Shown one piece after another: positions 32,429 through 42,996 of a stretch of DNA of 64,000 nt. The notes beneath the pieces are model-generated. The model worked only from the letters and a program-made list of their open reading frames with translations. It was not told the origin of the DNA and ran no database searches. Origin of the DNA: an uncultured Pelagibacteraceae bacterium (GTDB lineage Bacteria > Pseudomonadota > Alphaproteobacteria > Pelagibacterales > AG-422-B15); the NCBI GenBank assembly GCA_902622985.1, contig CACNSH010000006.1, positions 4,312 through 68,311 on the forward strand, read 5' to 3'. The first letter of the stretch is position 1. The number at the start of each line of letters is the position of its first letter. A program made the translations under genes and the position numbers.

Positions 32429-33313
32429 TCAATACTTATTTTTTATCAGTAATTGATATACGTCTCTTTTTGATAAGTTAAAATCGCTAGATATAGTTTT
32501 AGAAATTTCAGATATGTTTAGACCATCCTTGCTGAGCTTATCGGACAATAATAATATATCTTTTTTTGTGATTTCTTCTTTTTGCATATTTTTTAATGGT
32601 TTTAATATAAAAGTTATTTCCCCTAAAATTTTCTCCCTTTTTCTTAATGTGCTTATAATATTGGAAATATTCGTATTGATAATTTCTTCATTTATTTTTG
32701 TTAATTCCCTTACAAATGTAACATCACAATTGCCATAGTTGTCTTGGATAAATGTGAATGATTTTAAAATACGCTTAGGAGACTCAAAAAATATTATTGG
32801 ACAATCCATTTTTTTTATTACATCTATTTCTTTGATTGCGTCTTTTTTTTGTCTAGGAAAAAAACCTCTAAATAAAAAAGATTTTTCAGCAAAATTAGAC
32901 AGAACAAAACTACCTATTGTTGCAGAAGGTCCAGGTATAGAAAACACTTTGATATCCTTCTTTATACAACATTTCACAAGATCTGCACCTGGATCTGAAA
33001 TTAATGGCGTTCCTGCATCACAGATAAGAGCCATTGACTGACCTGACTCCAACTGTTTTGTTAAAAATGGTATTGATCTAGTAGAGTTAAATTTATGAAA
33101 AGGTTTTAAAGGTGTTCTAATACCATATTTACTTGTCAATTTTTTACTTGTTTTGCTATCTTCACATAGAATTAGATCTACGCAAGAAAGTATTTTAAGA
33201 GATCGAATAGTAATATCACTAAGATTTCCAATCGGAGTTGCAATTATATACAAACCATTTTGAATCTTTTCGAATTCTAATAATTCATTAATATAGTCAT
33301 TATTTAATCGCAT
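32429..33313 (-). CDS. rsmI: 16S rRNA (cytidine1402-2'-O)-methyltransferase
   Basis: LYIIATPIGNLSDIT, DAGTPLISDPG, FFESPKR, RELTK. Confidence 0.95.
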   Translation of the reverse strand: MRLNNDYINELLEFEKIQNGLYIIATPIGNLSDITIRSLKILSCVDLILCEDSKTSKKLTSKYGIRTPLKPFHKFNSTRSIPFLTKQLESGQSMALICDAGTPLISDPGADLVKCCIKKDIKVFSIPGPSATIGSFVLSNFAEKSFLFRGFFPRQKKDAIKEIDVIKKMDCPIIFFESPKRILKSFTFIQDNYGNCDVTFVRELTKINEEIINTNISNIISTLRKREKILGEITFILKPLKNMQKEEITKKDILLLSDKLSKDGLNISEISKTISSDFNLSKRDVYQLLIKNKY

Positions 33314-33319
33314 ATTAAA

Positions 33320-34612
33320 ATGTATTTAAAAAAAAAATTAGTATTTGTTTTAGCCATTGTTACATATCTAATTCTTGTTAGTTGTGAAACTTCAACAAAT
33401 TATCAAACTAAATCTAATGTTACCAATAAACAAATAAAAATAGATACTCAGAAGAAAATCAATAGTAATATATCATCAATTACATCTCAGGAAACTAAGG
33501 GCATAAGTCAAAGTAAAACTCTAAATGTTGGTTTAATGCTTCCTTTAAGTGGTGAGCATTATCAAATAGGCCAATCTCTACTAAATTCAGTTCAGTTAGC
33601 AATAACCAAAACAGGCAATAAAAAAATCGTATTTCACTTAATAGATACCGGTAATGATGAAAAATTACTGACCGACATATATGAATTACTTGAGCAAGAT
33701 ATGAACATTTTCATAGGTCCCATATTTTCAAATAAAGTGAGGCAAATAAAAGAAATTATTAATGACAAAAATATACCTATTATTTCACTATCGAATAATT
33801 CTAATTTAAAAGATAAAGGGCTATATATATTTGGCCTCACCCTGGAAGATGAAATCAATGAATTATTAAATTTTTCTTATAAAAATAATTTAAAAAAGTA
33901 TGCTGTTATACTTCCAAAAAATGAATTTGGTATCAGAGTTGAAAAAGAATTAAATAAATTTAAATCTATTAATGATTTATCGTCATTCAAATTTATTTTC
34001 TATAATACTAATTCTCCAGATTTTTACGCAGTTTCAAAAAATATTTCAAATTATGAAGAAAGAAAAATGAATCTTGAAAACAAAATTAAATCTTTGGAAA
34101 AAGAAAATTCAGAAATAGCAAAGAAGGAGTTAAAAAAACTTAAAAAATTAGACACTTTTGGTGAATTGAATTTTGAGGCAATTATTATTTTTGCTCAAAA
34201 TTTTAAGGAGGTATCAAACTTTAGCACAATTCTTCCGTACTATGACGTTGATCCAAAAAAAATACAATTTATTGGTAATTCTGTTTGGTATAAAAGTCAG
34301 GCACTAAAAGAGCCTGGAATGGCAAACGGTTATTTCACATCCCTTGACTTAAAAAATAGAAAGATATTTGAAGAAAGCTATATTAGTGTTTTTGATTCAA
34401 AGCCGCATGCTCTTGCAACTTTGACATATGATATTGTTGGACTTATAAGTAGTTTACATGGTGAAGAAAATAGCTTTACAGTAAATAAGCTATATAATTC
34501 TCAGGGTTTTGTTGGCATAGATGGTTGGTTTAGGATATTGCCTGATGGAAAAGTTTTAAGAAAACCAAAGATATATAGAATAAATAATAAAAATTTTAAT
34601 CTCCTGAATTAA
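33320..34612 (+). CDS. Penicillin-binding protein activator, LppC/LpoA-like lipoprotein
   Basis: Lipobox LVSC, VGLMLPLSG, FIGPIFS, GFVGIDGWFR; divergent from rsmI as lpoA is. Confidence 0.8.
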   Translation: MYLKKKLVFVLAIVTYLILVSCETSTNYQTKSNVTNKQIKIDTQKKINSNISSITSQETKGISQSKTLNVGLMLPLSGEHYQIGQSLLNSVQLAITKTGNKKIVFHLIDTGNDEKLLTDIYELLEQDMNIFIGPIFSNKVRQIKEIINDKNIPIISLSNNSNLKDKGLYIFGLTLEDEINELLNFSYKNNLKKYAVILPKNEFGIRVEKELNKFKSINDLSSFKFIFYNTNSPDFYAVSKNISNYEERKMNLENKIKSLEKENSEIAKKELKKLKKLDTFGELNFEAIIIFAQNFKEVSNFSTILPYYDVDPKKIQFIGNSVWYKSQALKEPGMANGYFTSLDLKNRKIFEESYISVFDSKPHALATLTYDIVGLISSLHGEENSFTVNKLYNSQGFVGIDGWFRILPDGKVLRKPKIYRINNKNFNLLN

Positions 34613-35223
34613 ACTTTATAATTCTCTAAATATTTTTTCATTTTTCTAAATGCAATTGCACGGTGGCTAATCCTCTCTTTATAATTAAAATCCATTTCTC
34701 CAAATGTTTTTTTATAACCAATTGGCACAAATATAGGATCATATCCAAAACCATTTTTGCCTAATGGGGGAAATTGAACATGTCCATATTTTTTTCCTTG
34801 GAATACTCTATAAGTATTATCTGGAAAATAAATGGATAAAGCACAACAAAAAAAAGCTTTTCGAGAGCTTTTGTTAAGTAGATTATTTTTATACATTTTT
34901 TTTTCTATTTTGCTAATTGCTGTATTGAAATTTTTATCTTTTCCTGCCCATCTGGCTGAATATATTCCAGGTTGATCACCAAGCGATAAAATACATAAGC
35001 CACTATCGTCAGCTATGGATGGAATGCCTGATTTTTTGGCAGCATTTTTTGATTTTATTAGAGAATTTTCTTTAAAAGTTTTGCCGTTTTCAATTGGTTC
35101 ATTGATACAAAATTTTTTTGCAGAGTAAATTTTGAATCCTATTGGCTTTAATAAAGATCTGATTTCTCTTACCTTTCCTTCGTTATGACTGGCAATAACT
35201 ATTTCTTTTATTTTTTTAATCAC
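34609..35223 (-). CDS. rdgB: Non-canonical purine NTP pyrophosphatase RdgB/HAM1
   Basis: ASHNEGKVRE, ADDSGL, PGIYSARW, GFGYDPIF, ISHR. Confidence 0.95.
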   Translation of the reverse strand: MIKKIKEIVIASHNEGKVREIRSLLKPIGFKIYSAKKFCINEPIENGKTFKENSLIKSKNAAKKSGIPSIADDSGLCILSLGDQPGIYSARWAGKDKNFNTAISKIEKKMYKNNLLNKSSRKAFFCCALSIYFPDNTYRVFQGKKYGHVQFPPLGKNGFGYDPIFVPIGYKKTFGEMDFNYKERISHRAIAFRKMKKYLENYKV

Positions 35224-35929
35224 TTAATATTTGTTTTTGCAATTGGATGATCTCAGAGATCCCTGATTTTGCAAGTTCCAGCATTGCATTAAATGACCGC
35301 TCCTCACAAAGCTTTTTTTCCGAAGTCATCTGTACTTCAACCAATTTACCACTTTCTGTTATTACAAAATTTGCATCTACTTCAGCATTTTGATCTTCTT
35401 CAAAATCTAAGTCTAAATAAGGCTCACCATTTATCATTCCACAGCTGATTGCCGCAACATATTCACTAATTGGGTTTTTTTTTATAATTTTTTTATTAAG
35501 CATATGATTTATACATAATTGAAGTGCAATAAATGATCCTGAGATTGAAGCGGTTCTTGTTCCACCATCTGCTTGAATAACATCACAATCTATTATTATT
35601 TGTAATTCTCTTAAATCTTCTAAATTAATTATAGATCTTAATGATCTTCCAATTAGTCTTTGTATTTCCTGTGTTCTACCAGATTGTTTACCTTTTGCAG
35701 CCTCTCTAGACATTCTCTCAGAAGTTGATCTTGGTAACATCCCGTATTCTGCTGTTACCCACCCAGTCTCTGAGTTTTTTAACCATCTTGGTAAATTTTT
35801 ATCAAGCGATGCACTGCATATCACATGCGTATCGCCACATTTAATTAAGCATGATCCTTCCGGATTGTATGAAAAATTAGGAATTATTTCTATATCTCTT
35901 AGTTTGTTAATATTTCTATTATTTCTCAT
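35216..35929 (-). CDS. rph: Ribonuclease PH
   Basis: GWVTAEYGMLPRST, EIQRLIGRSLR, ADGGTRTAS. Confidence 0.97.
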   Translation of the reverse strand: MRNNRNINKLRDIEIIPNFSYNPEGSCLIKCGDTHVICSASLDKNLPRWLKNSETGWVTAEYGMLPRSTSERMSREAAKGKQSGRTQEIQRLIGRSLRSIINLEDLRELQIIIDCDVIQADGGTRTASISGSFIALQLCINHMLNKKIIKKNPISEYVAAISCGMINGEPYLDLDFEEDQNAEVDANFVITESGKLVEVQMTSEKKLCEERSFNAMLELAKSGISEIIQLQKQILSD

Positions 35930-35988
35930 TGAGTGATAAATTATACTATGTATTGACGAAAATAATATAGATCATTACATAATTAAAT

Positions 35989-36540
35989 ATGGCCAAAAAT
36001 AAAAATAAAAAAAATTTAGACCCTAAACCTGCCAAAGTAGATAATAATTCTGGAGCAAAAACGGAAGAAGCTGGTACTGACAATAATGATAAGCTTAAAG
36101 AGCTTGAAAGTAAGCTTCTAACCAGCCTTGCTGAAAATGAAAATTTAAGAAAAAGATTTGATAGAGAAAAAGAGGACTTAAGCAATTATGTAATTTCAAA
36201 TTTCGCGAAAGAGATACTGTCAGTCCTCGATAATCTCCAAAGAGCTATGGCTTCAGTTAAAGCCAAAGAAGTAAAAGAAAAATCAGACGGTCTATCACAA
36301 CTATTTCAAGGAATAGAGCTTACCGAAAAACAAATTATATCTACTTTTGAAAGATTTAAGATTGAACAAATTAAATCACTGGGTGAGCAATTTGATCCGA
36401 ATATCCACCAAGCGATGTTTGAAGTTGAAAAGGATGATCAAGAAGCAGGAACTGTTGCTGAGGTTGTTCAAGAGGGATATAAAATTGGAGATAGACTTCT
36501 AAGACCAGCACTTGTAGGCGTGGTGAAGAAAAAAAGTTAA
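35989..36540 (+). CDS. grpE: Nucleotide exchange factor GrpE
   Basis: AENENLRKR, FDPNIHQAM, GYKIGDRLLRPALVGV. Confidence 0.96.
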   Translation: MAKNKNKKNLDPKPAKVDNNSGAKTEEAGTDNNDKLKELESKLLTSLAENENLRKRFDREKEDLSNYVISNFAKEILSVLDNLQRAMASVKAKEVKEKSDGLSQLFQGIELTEKQIISTFERFKIEQIKSLGEQFDPNIHQAMFEVEKDDQEAGTVAEVVQEGYKIGDRLLRPALVGVVKKKS

Positions 36541-36606
36541 ACAATATCAATAGGATAGTATAATAATAATTAACAATCTCATTTTACTCTTTTTTTAAGC
36601 AAGGGG

Positions 36607-36633
36607 TTGTACTGCAAAATCAACTACCCATAT
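36607..36633 (+). promoter_or_regulatory. Putative sigma32 (RpoH) promoter of dnaK
   Basis: TTGTAC, 14-nt spacer, CCCATAT upstream of dnaK; resembles CTTGAA-N13-15-CCCCATNT. Confidence 0.6.
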
Positions 36634-36663
36634 ATAGAATAAATATCAATTCAGAGTAGGAAT

Positions 36664-38589
36664 ATGGCAAAGGTAATAGGAATAGATTTAGGGACTACAA
36701 ATAGTTGTATCTCGATAATGGATGGGAAGGACCCTAAAGTTATTGAGAATGCTGAAGGATCTAGAACTACGCCTTCAATTATAAGTTTTGGAAGTGATGA
36801 AGAAAAGTTAGTTGGACAACCTGCAAAAAGGCAAGGTGTCACAAACCCCGAAAATACATTTTTTGCGATCAAGAGACTTATAGGTAGGTCTTTCGAAGAC
36901 CCAATGGTCAAAAAAGATGCTGACATGGTGCCTTTTAAAATTATTAAATCTGAAAATGGTGATGCATGGGTTGAATCAGGATCTGAAAAATATTCACCAT
37001 CTCAAATTTCTGCCTTTGTACTTCAAAAATTAAAAGAAGATGCAGAAAGGTATTTAGGAGAAAAAGTTGAAAAAGCAGTCATTACTGTTCCTGCTTATTT
37101 TAATGATGCTCAAAGACAAGCTACTAAAGATGCTGGTAAAATAGCTGGACTTGAAGTTGAAAGAATAGTCAATGAGCCAACTGCTGCTGCACTAGCATAT
37201 GGTTTAGATAAGAAGGATGGCAAAACTATTGCTGTATATGATTTAGGTGGTGGTACTTTTGATATTTCAATTTTAGAAATTGGTGATGGAGTTTTTGAAG
37301 TAAAGTCAACTAATGGTGACACATTTTTAGGTGGTGAAGACTTTGACACTCGTCTCTTAAATTATCTTGCTGAAGAATTTAAGAAAGAAAATAATATTGA
37401 CCTTACTCAGGATAAATTAGCACTTCAAAGATTGAAAGAATCTGCTGAGAAGGCTAAGATCGAATTATCTTCAACATCTCAAACAGAAATTAATTTACCA
37501 TTTATTACAGCTGACCAATCAGGCCCTAAGCATTTAAATATCAAGGTGACGAGAGCGAAGCTTGAAACACTTGTTGATGATTTAATTGAAAAAACAATTA
37601 AACCATGTGACGCCGCTCTAAAGGATGCCGGTTTGAGTGCGGGTGAAATAGACGAGGTAGTCTTGGTTGGTGGAATGACAAGAATGCCAAAAGTTATAGA
37701 AACTGTTAAAAACTTTTTTGGTAAAGAACCAAATAAAGGAGTGAACCCAGATGAAGTTGTCGCACAAGGTGCAGCTATTCAAGCTGGTATTCTTCAAGGG
37801 GATGTTAAGGATGTATTACTGCTTGATGTTACACCTCTGTCCCTTGGTATTGAAACTCTAGGCGGCGTCTTTACAAAATTAATTGATAAAAATACAACAA
37901 TTCCAACAAAAAAAAGTCAGGTATTTTCAACCGCTGATGACAATCAGACTGCTGTAACAATACGAGTGTGTCAGGGTGAGAGAGAAATGGCTGCTGATAA
38001 TAAATTACTTGGTAACTTTGACTTAGTAGGCATACCGCCTGCGCCTAGGGGTGTTCCTCAAATTGAAGTAACATTTGATATTGACGCTAATGGAATTGTA
38101 AATGTGTCTGCAAAAGACAAAGGTACAGGAAAAGAACAACAAATTAAAATACAAGCATCGGGTGGTTTGAGTGAAGAAGAGATCGACAAAATGGTTAAGG
38201 AGGCTGAAGCCAACGCGGAAGCAGATAAGAAAAAGCGAGAAGGCGTTGATGTTAAAAACCAAGCAGATACAATGATACACTCTGCCGAAAAAAATCTAAA
38301 AGAATTTGGTGATAAGGTTTCTGAGCAAGAAAAGAATACAATTGAAAATGATATTAAGGCTTTAAAAGAAGCTGTCGCTTCAGATGACACCGATAAGATT
38401 AAAAGTGGACTTGAAGCATTAACTCAATCGTCTATGAAATTAGGTGAAGCAATGTATAAGGCTCAACAAAAAGATGCTCCTAATCCAAACGAGCCGTCTG
38501 ACAATGCAGCTGCTGGATCTGACCAGAATAATGAAAAAGTTGTTGATGCTGAATTCGAGGAAGTTAAAGAAGATAATAAGCAATCGTAA
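36664..38589 (+). CDS. dnaK: Chaperone DnaK
   Basis: [37 protein letters not shown]. Confidence 0.99.
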   Translation: MAKVIGIDLGTTNSCISIMDGKDPKVIENAEGSRTTPSIISFGSDEEKLVGQPAKRQGVTNPENTFFAIKRLIGRSFEDPMVKKDADMVPFKIIKSENGDAWVESGSEKYSPSQISAFVLQKLKEDAERYLGEKVEKAVITVPAYFNDAQRQATKDAGKIAGLEVERIVNEPTAAALAYGLDKKDGKTIAVYDLGGGTFDISILEIGDGVFEVKSTNGDTFLGGEDFDTRLLNYLAEEFKKENNIDLTQDKLALQRLKESAEKAKIELSSTSQTEINLPFITADQSGPKHLNIKVTRAKLETLVDDLIEKTIKPCDAALKDAGLSAGEIDEVVLVGGMTRMPKVIETVKNFFGKEPNKGVNPDEVVAQGAAIQAGILQGDVKDVLLLDVTPLSLGIETLGGVFTKLIDKNTTIPTKKSQVFSTADDNQTAVTIRVCQGEREMAADNKLLGNFDLVGIPPAPRGVPQIEVTFDIDANGIVNVSAKDKGTGKEQQIKIQASGGLSEEEIDKMVKEAEANAEADKKKREGVDVKNQADTMIHSAEKNLKEFGDKVSEQEKNTIENDIKALKEAVASDDTDKIKSGLEALTQSSMKLGEAMYKAQQKDAPNPNEPSDNAAAGSDQNNEKVVDAEFEEVKEDNKQS

Positions 38590-38601
38590 GCAGGTAAGCT
38601 T

Positions 38602-39738
38602 ATGTCAAAAAGAGACTATTATGAAGTTCTTGGCGTTTCCAAGTCAGCTGATGACTCTGAAATAAAAAAAGCCTACAGAAAATTAGCAATGAAATATCAT
38701 CCTGATCGTAATCAGGGTGATGCAGATGCAGAAGTTAAATTCAAAGAGGCGAGTGAGGCATACGCTGTACTTCATGATAAAGAAAAACGTTCAGCTTACG
38801 ACCAGTTTGGTCATGCGGCAGTGGATGGTAATACAGGCCAGGGCGGTTTTGGTTTTGATTTTAATTCATCAGCTTTTCAAGATATTTTTGAAGATTTTTT
38901 TGGAGACTCATCCTTTTTTGGTGGTGGAGGAAATCGTAGAAGAAAAACAAATAATCGTGGCTCAGACTTAAGATATGATATTACTGTTAATCTTGAAGAA
39001 GCGTTTAATGGTAAAAAATTTAAAGTAAAAATTCCAACTCAAGTTCAATGCGACTCTTGTTCAGGTTCTGGCGCATCTCAAGGAAGTCAGCCAGTAACTT
39101 GTCAGTCATGTGGAGGAAGGGGGCAGATTCGCTCGCAGCAGGGGTTTTTTTCAATTCAACAAACTTGCCCAACTTGTCAGGGAAGTGGTTCAACTATTTC
39201 AGATCCATGCAGACCATGCAGCGGAACTGGGAGAACTCAGAAAACAAAGAGTTTGATGGTGAAAATTCCAAAAGGCGTCGATGATGGTTCTAGAATAAGA
39301 CTATCTGGAGAAGGTGAAGCGGGTCTAAACGGGGGGCAGCAGGGGGACCTGTATATATTTGTAAATGTTAATGAGCACGAAATATTTGCTCGTGAAAATG
39401 AAAATTTATTTGCTGAGGTCCCAATATCTATGGTCGATGCTGCTGTTGGCGGCGCTATTGACATACCGACAATAGATGGCGGTAAAGCAAGGCTAAAAAT
39501 ACCTCAAGGTACTCAATCTGGTGACCAATTTAGATTAAAATCAAAAGGCATGCCTAATGTTCGCAACGGTTATTTAGGTGATTTGTATATTCAGGCAAAA
39601 GTTGAAACACCAATAAATTTAAGTAAGAAGCAAATTGAAATATTAAAATCCTTTCAAGAAACCAGTGATCAAAATGAGAGTCCTTTAACATCGGCATTTT
39701 TTAAAAAAGCTAAGGATTTTTGGAAAACAAAAGCTTAA
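38602..39738 (+). CDS. dnaJ: Chaperone DnaJ
   Basis: J domain HPD, G/F-rich region, four CxxCxGxG repeats. Confidence 0.98.
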   Translation: MSKRDYYEVLGVSKSADDSEIKKAYRKLAMKYHPDRNQGDADAEVKFKEASEAYAVLHDKEKRSAYDQFGHAAVDGNTGQGGFGFDFNSSAFQDIFEDFFGDSSFFGGGGNRRRKTNNRGSDLRYDITVNLEEAFNGKKFKVKIPTQVQCDSCSGSGASQGSQPVTCQSCGGRGQIRSQQGFFSIQQTCPTCQGSGSTISDPCRPCSGTGRTQKTKSLMVKIPKGVDDGSRIRLSGEGEAGLNGGQQGDLYIFVNVNEHEIFARENENLFAEVPISMVDAAVGGAIDIPTIDGGKARLKIPQGTQSGDQFRLKSKGMPNVRNGYLGDLYIQAKVETPINLSKKQIEILKSFQETSDQNESPLTSAFFKKAKDFWKTKA

Positions 39739-39777
39739 AAAACTTACTTTTTCAATTATTTCGATTATCCTAAATTA

Positions 39778-40587
39778 ATGAAAAAAATAAAAATTGTCGT
39801 AACTGGCGTAACCGGACGCATGGGAATGCAAATCGCTAAAAGAGTTTTGAAAGATAAATCACTTGTTTTGTATGGTGCAACCGAGAGAAGCGGGCATAAA
39901 GCTATTGGCAAAGATTTAGGTCAATTACTAAAAACGAAAAAATTAAAAATTAAAGTCACAGATAATATAATTCCATTATTTGCTAAAACTGATGCTGTTA
40001 TTGACTTCACAACTCCTGAAGCAACTATGATCCATACAAAATATGCAGCTCAAGCAAGAATAGTACATATAATTGGAACTACAGGTTTTAATAGCTCTCA
40101 ATTAAAAAAAATTAAACTCGCTGCGCAGCATGCAACAATCATAAAATCAGGTAATATGAGTTTAGGTATAAACCTAATAAATAAATTAATTAAATTAAGT
40201 TCCTCAAGTTTAAAAAATAATTTTGACACAATAATAAACGAAACACATCATCGACATAAAATTGATGTACCTTCAGGCACTGCAGTAATGATGGGGCAGG
40301 CTGCAGCAGAAGGTAAAAATAAAAAATTTGAAAATATTAAAAAAATCTCTCGTCTAAACATAAAGGCTAAAAGTGCTAAAAATAAAATTGTAGTCTCATC
40401 CTTCCGCAAAGGTGAAGTAATTGGTGACCATGAAATTATTTTTTCAAGCAGGGATGAGGATATTACTATCAAGCATACAGCGAAAGATAGGGGTATTTTT
40501 GCTAACGGAGCAATACAAGCTGTGAAATGGGGCATGAACAAAAAACCTGGCCTATTTGACATGACGGATGTGTTAAATATAAGTTAG
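39778..40587 (+). CDS. dapB: 4-hydroxy-tetrahydrodipicolinate reductase
   Basis: GVTGRMG, IDFTTP, IGTTG, ETHHRHKIDVPSGTA. Confidence 0.96.
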   Translation: MKKIKIVVTGVTGRMGMQIAKRVLKDKSLVLYGATERSGHKAIGKDLGQLLKTKKLKIKVTDNIIPLFAKTDAVIDFTTPEATMIHTKYAAQARIVHIIGTTGFNSSQLKKIKLAAQHATIIKSGNMSLGINLINKLIKLSSSSLKNNFDTIINETHHRHKIDVPSGTAVMMGQAAAEGKNKKFENIKKISRLNIKAKSAKNKIVVSSFRKGEVIGDHEIIFSSRDEDITIKHTAKDRGIFANGAIQAVKWGMNKKPGLFDMTDVLNIS

Positions 40588-40604
40588 GTTGAAAAAGAAC
40601 CATA

Positions 40605-41258
40605 ATGTTAAAGGCTGATAAGGCAAAAAAAATTATTAGTATTTTAAATAAAATTTATCCCGAAACCCCAATTCCACTAAATCATAAAAATAATTTTGAA
40701 CTATTAATTTCTGTTCTTCTGAGTGCGCAGTGTACGGATAAAAGGGTCAATGAAGTAACTCCTTTGCTTTTTAAGAAAGCAAATAATCCTTCGAAAATGG
40801 AGAAGCTGCCAGTCAAAACCATTTATAATATTGTTAGACCCTGTGGTCTTGCTCCACAAAAGTCAAAAGCTATCTCAAAGCTATCAAAAATATTAATGAA
40901 AAATTATAATGGTGAGGTTCCAGAAACTTTTGAAGATCTAGAGGCGCTTCCTGGAGTAGGACATAAAACAGCTAGTGTTGTAATGTCACAAGGTTTTGGT
41001 CACCCAGCATTTCCTGTTGATACTCATATTCATCGACTTGCCCAAAGATGGGGGTTAACCAATGGTAAGAGTGTAAAGCAAACTGAAAATGATTTAAAAA
41101 AAATATTTCCTGAAAAACTATGGAACAAGTTACATTTACAAATAATATTTTATGGAAGGGAATATTGTGAAGCTCGAAGTTGTTTTGGAATAGAGTGTAA
41201 AATATGTAAAACTTGTTATCCAACTAGAAAAAAGCCAATTAAAACAAAAAAAGCATAA
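40605..41258 (+). CDS. nth: Endonuclease III
   Basis: LLSAQCTD, HhH LPGVGHKTA, VDTHIHR, C-terminal Cys cluster. Confidence 0.95.
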   Translation: MLKADKAKKIISILNKIYPETPIPLNHKNNFELLISVLLSAQCTDKRVNEVTPLLFKKANNPSKMEKLPVKTIYNIVRPCGLAPQKSKAISKLSKILMKNYNGEVPETFEDLEALPGVGHKTASVVMSQGFGHPAFPVDTHIHRLAQRWGLTNGKSVKQTENDLKKIFPEKLWNKLHLQIIFYGREYCEARSCFGIECKICKTCYPTRKKPIKTKKA

Positions 41259-41317
41259 ATGGTTATAAAAATAAAACACCTTTAACTGTCTATTGTTTGC
41301 TGATACCTTTATTCATT

Positions 41318-42049
41318 ATGATTAATAAAGAAGTAGCACTCATTATCGGTGCAGGTGACAGCCTTGGTTCTGCGGTAGCGAGAGTATTTGCACAAAATAA
41401 CTTCATTACTGTAGTTGCTAGAAGGAACGGGGATCAATTATCGCCACTTAAAGAAGAAATAGAAAAAAATGGCGGAAAGTGTTTCGCATATAGTTTAGAC
41501 GCAAGAAAAGAAGAGGATGTAATTAACTTTATTAATAAGATTGAAACAGAAATTGGTGAAATTAATGTGGCCGTATACAACATTGGAGCCAACATTCGTT
41601 TCAACATTTTAGAAACAACTTCAAAAAAATATTATAAAGTATGGGAAATGGCGACTTTTGGAGCTTTTCTAATGGGAAGAGAAGTAACAAGAAAAATGAT
41701 ACCAAGAAAAAAAGGCACAATAATTTTCACCGGAGCAACAGCAAGCATCAGGGGTAAAGAGGGTTTTGCCGCGTTCTCCGGCGCTAAACAAGCAAAAAGA
41801 GCTTTAGCGCAAAGTATGGCAAAAGAACTAGCTCCAAAAGGCATACATGTAGCACACATTATTGTAGATGGTGCAATAGATACGCCTTGGGTTAATAAGC
41901 TTTTTCCTGAATATGTAAAAGAAAAGAAGAAAATTGATGGCCTTATGAAGCCAGACGATATTGCGCAAAACTACTTAGTCATTCATAATCAACCTAAAAA
42001 TGCTTGGACATTCGAGTTAGATCTCCGTCCATGGGTGGAAACATGGTAA
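41318..42049 (+). CDS. Short-chain dehydrogenase/reductase
   Basis: IIGAGDSLG, VYNIGAN, FTGATAS, HVAHIIVDGAID. ATG 41318 preferred over TTG 41297. Confidence 0.88.
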   Translation: MINKEVALIIGAGDSLGSAVARVFAQNNFITVVARRNGDQLSPLKEEIEKNGGKCFAYSLDARKEEDVINFINKIETEIGEINVAVYNIGANIRFNILETTSKKYYKVWEMATFGAFLMGREVTRKMIPRKKGTIIFTGATASIRGKEGFAAFSGAKQAKRALAQSMAKELAPKGIHVAHIIVDGAIDTPWVNKLFPEYVKEKKKIDGLMKPDDIAQNYLVIHNQPKNAWTFELDLRPWVETW

Positions 42050-42996
42050 ATCAGGAATTTGATATTGTTGGAATAGGTAATGCAATCGTTGATGTAATTA
42101 CTGATGTTAATGAAGAGTTTCTAGATAAAAAAGAACTCAGAAAAGGTCTAATGTCCCTTGTAGATTTAGACAGCATCAAATCATTATCTGAAGAGATTGA
42201 GATTAAAGCAAATGTCTCTGGTGGATCAGTTGCTAATTCAATTGTTGCTTTAGCCCAAAATAATATAAAAACTGCATTCATTGGCAAGGTAGGTGAAGAT
42301 AAAGTTGGAAATTCATTTATAAAAGGTCTAGAGAAAGAAAATGTTATTTTTGCCAATACAGCTCAATCAGATGAAAGTGAAACTGGAAGATGTCTTGTGA
42401 TGGTAACCCCTGACGCACAAAGAACAATGAGTACTTACTTAGGTATTTCTCAAAAGTTAAATGCAAGTGATATAAACAAAGAAGTTATTTCTAACTCAAG
42501 AATTACATATCTTGAGGGATACCTATGGGATCTTGATGATGCCCAAGAAGCAATAAAAAAAGCAATCAAAATTGCCAAAGATGCAGGAAAAATTGTAGCA
42601 TTTAGTGTGTCAGATGTATTTTGTATTGAACGATTTAGAGAAAGTTTTTTAGATTTAGTAAATAATGAAGCAAACGTAATTTTCGCTAATGAAGAAGAAA
42701 TCAAATCACTTTATCAAAAAGATAATCTTGAAGATTGCCTTAAGATTATTAAACAACAAAATAAAATATTTGCTATCACCCTTGGTGAAAAAGGGGCAAT
42801 CATTATTAATAAAGACGAAGAAATAAAAATAAAAGCTCAAAAAATTGAAAAACTGGTGGATACTACCGGTGCTGGAGACCTTTTCGCTGCTGGTTTTTTA
42901 CTTGGTTTTATTAACGAAAGAGACTTAGAATATTGTGGAAATGAAGGTGTAAACTTTGCTTCAAAAATAATCCAAATATATGGAGCAAGATTATGA
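42043..42996 (+). CDS. PfkB-family carbohydrate/adenosine kinase
   Basis: GIGNAIVD, SGGSVANS, FANEEE, VDTTGAGDLFAAGF. ATG 42043 preferred over the track start. Confidence 0.9.
   Translation: MVNQEFDIVGIGNAIVDVITDVNEEFLDKKELRKGLMSLVDLDSIKSLSEEIEIKANVSGGSVANSIVALAQNNIKTAFIGKVGEDKVGNSFIKGLEKENVIFANTAQSDESETGRCLVMVTPDAQRTMSTYLGISQKLNASDINKEVISNSRITYLEGYLWDLDDAQEAIKKAIKIAKDAGKIVAFSVSDVFCIERFRESFLDLVNNEANVIFANEEEIKSLYQKDNLEDCLKIIKQQNKIFAITLGEKGAIIINKDEEIKIKAQKIEKLVDTTGAGDLFAAGFLLGFINERDLEYCGNEGVNFASKIIQIYGARL

Noticed and set aside
35946..36185. 79-aa minus-strand ORF between rph and grpE as a possible hrcA remnant
   Set aside because: It is the antisense of the grpE 5' end, is on the wrong strand for hrcA and shows no HrcA similarity.
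36651..39464. Several antisense or alternative-frame ORFs over dnaK/dnaJ (similar ones over purF, infB, nusA, maeB, hslVU, pfkB, rho)
   Set aside because: They are S/F/I-rich shadow frames of conserved genes, with no motifs or RBS. This is expected from codon bias.
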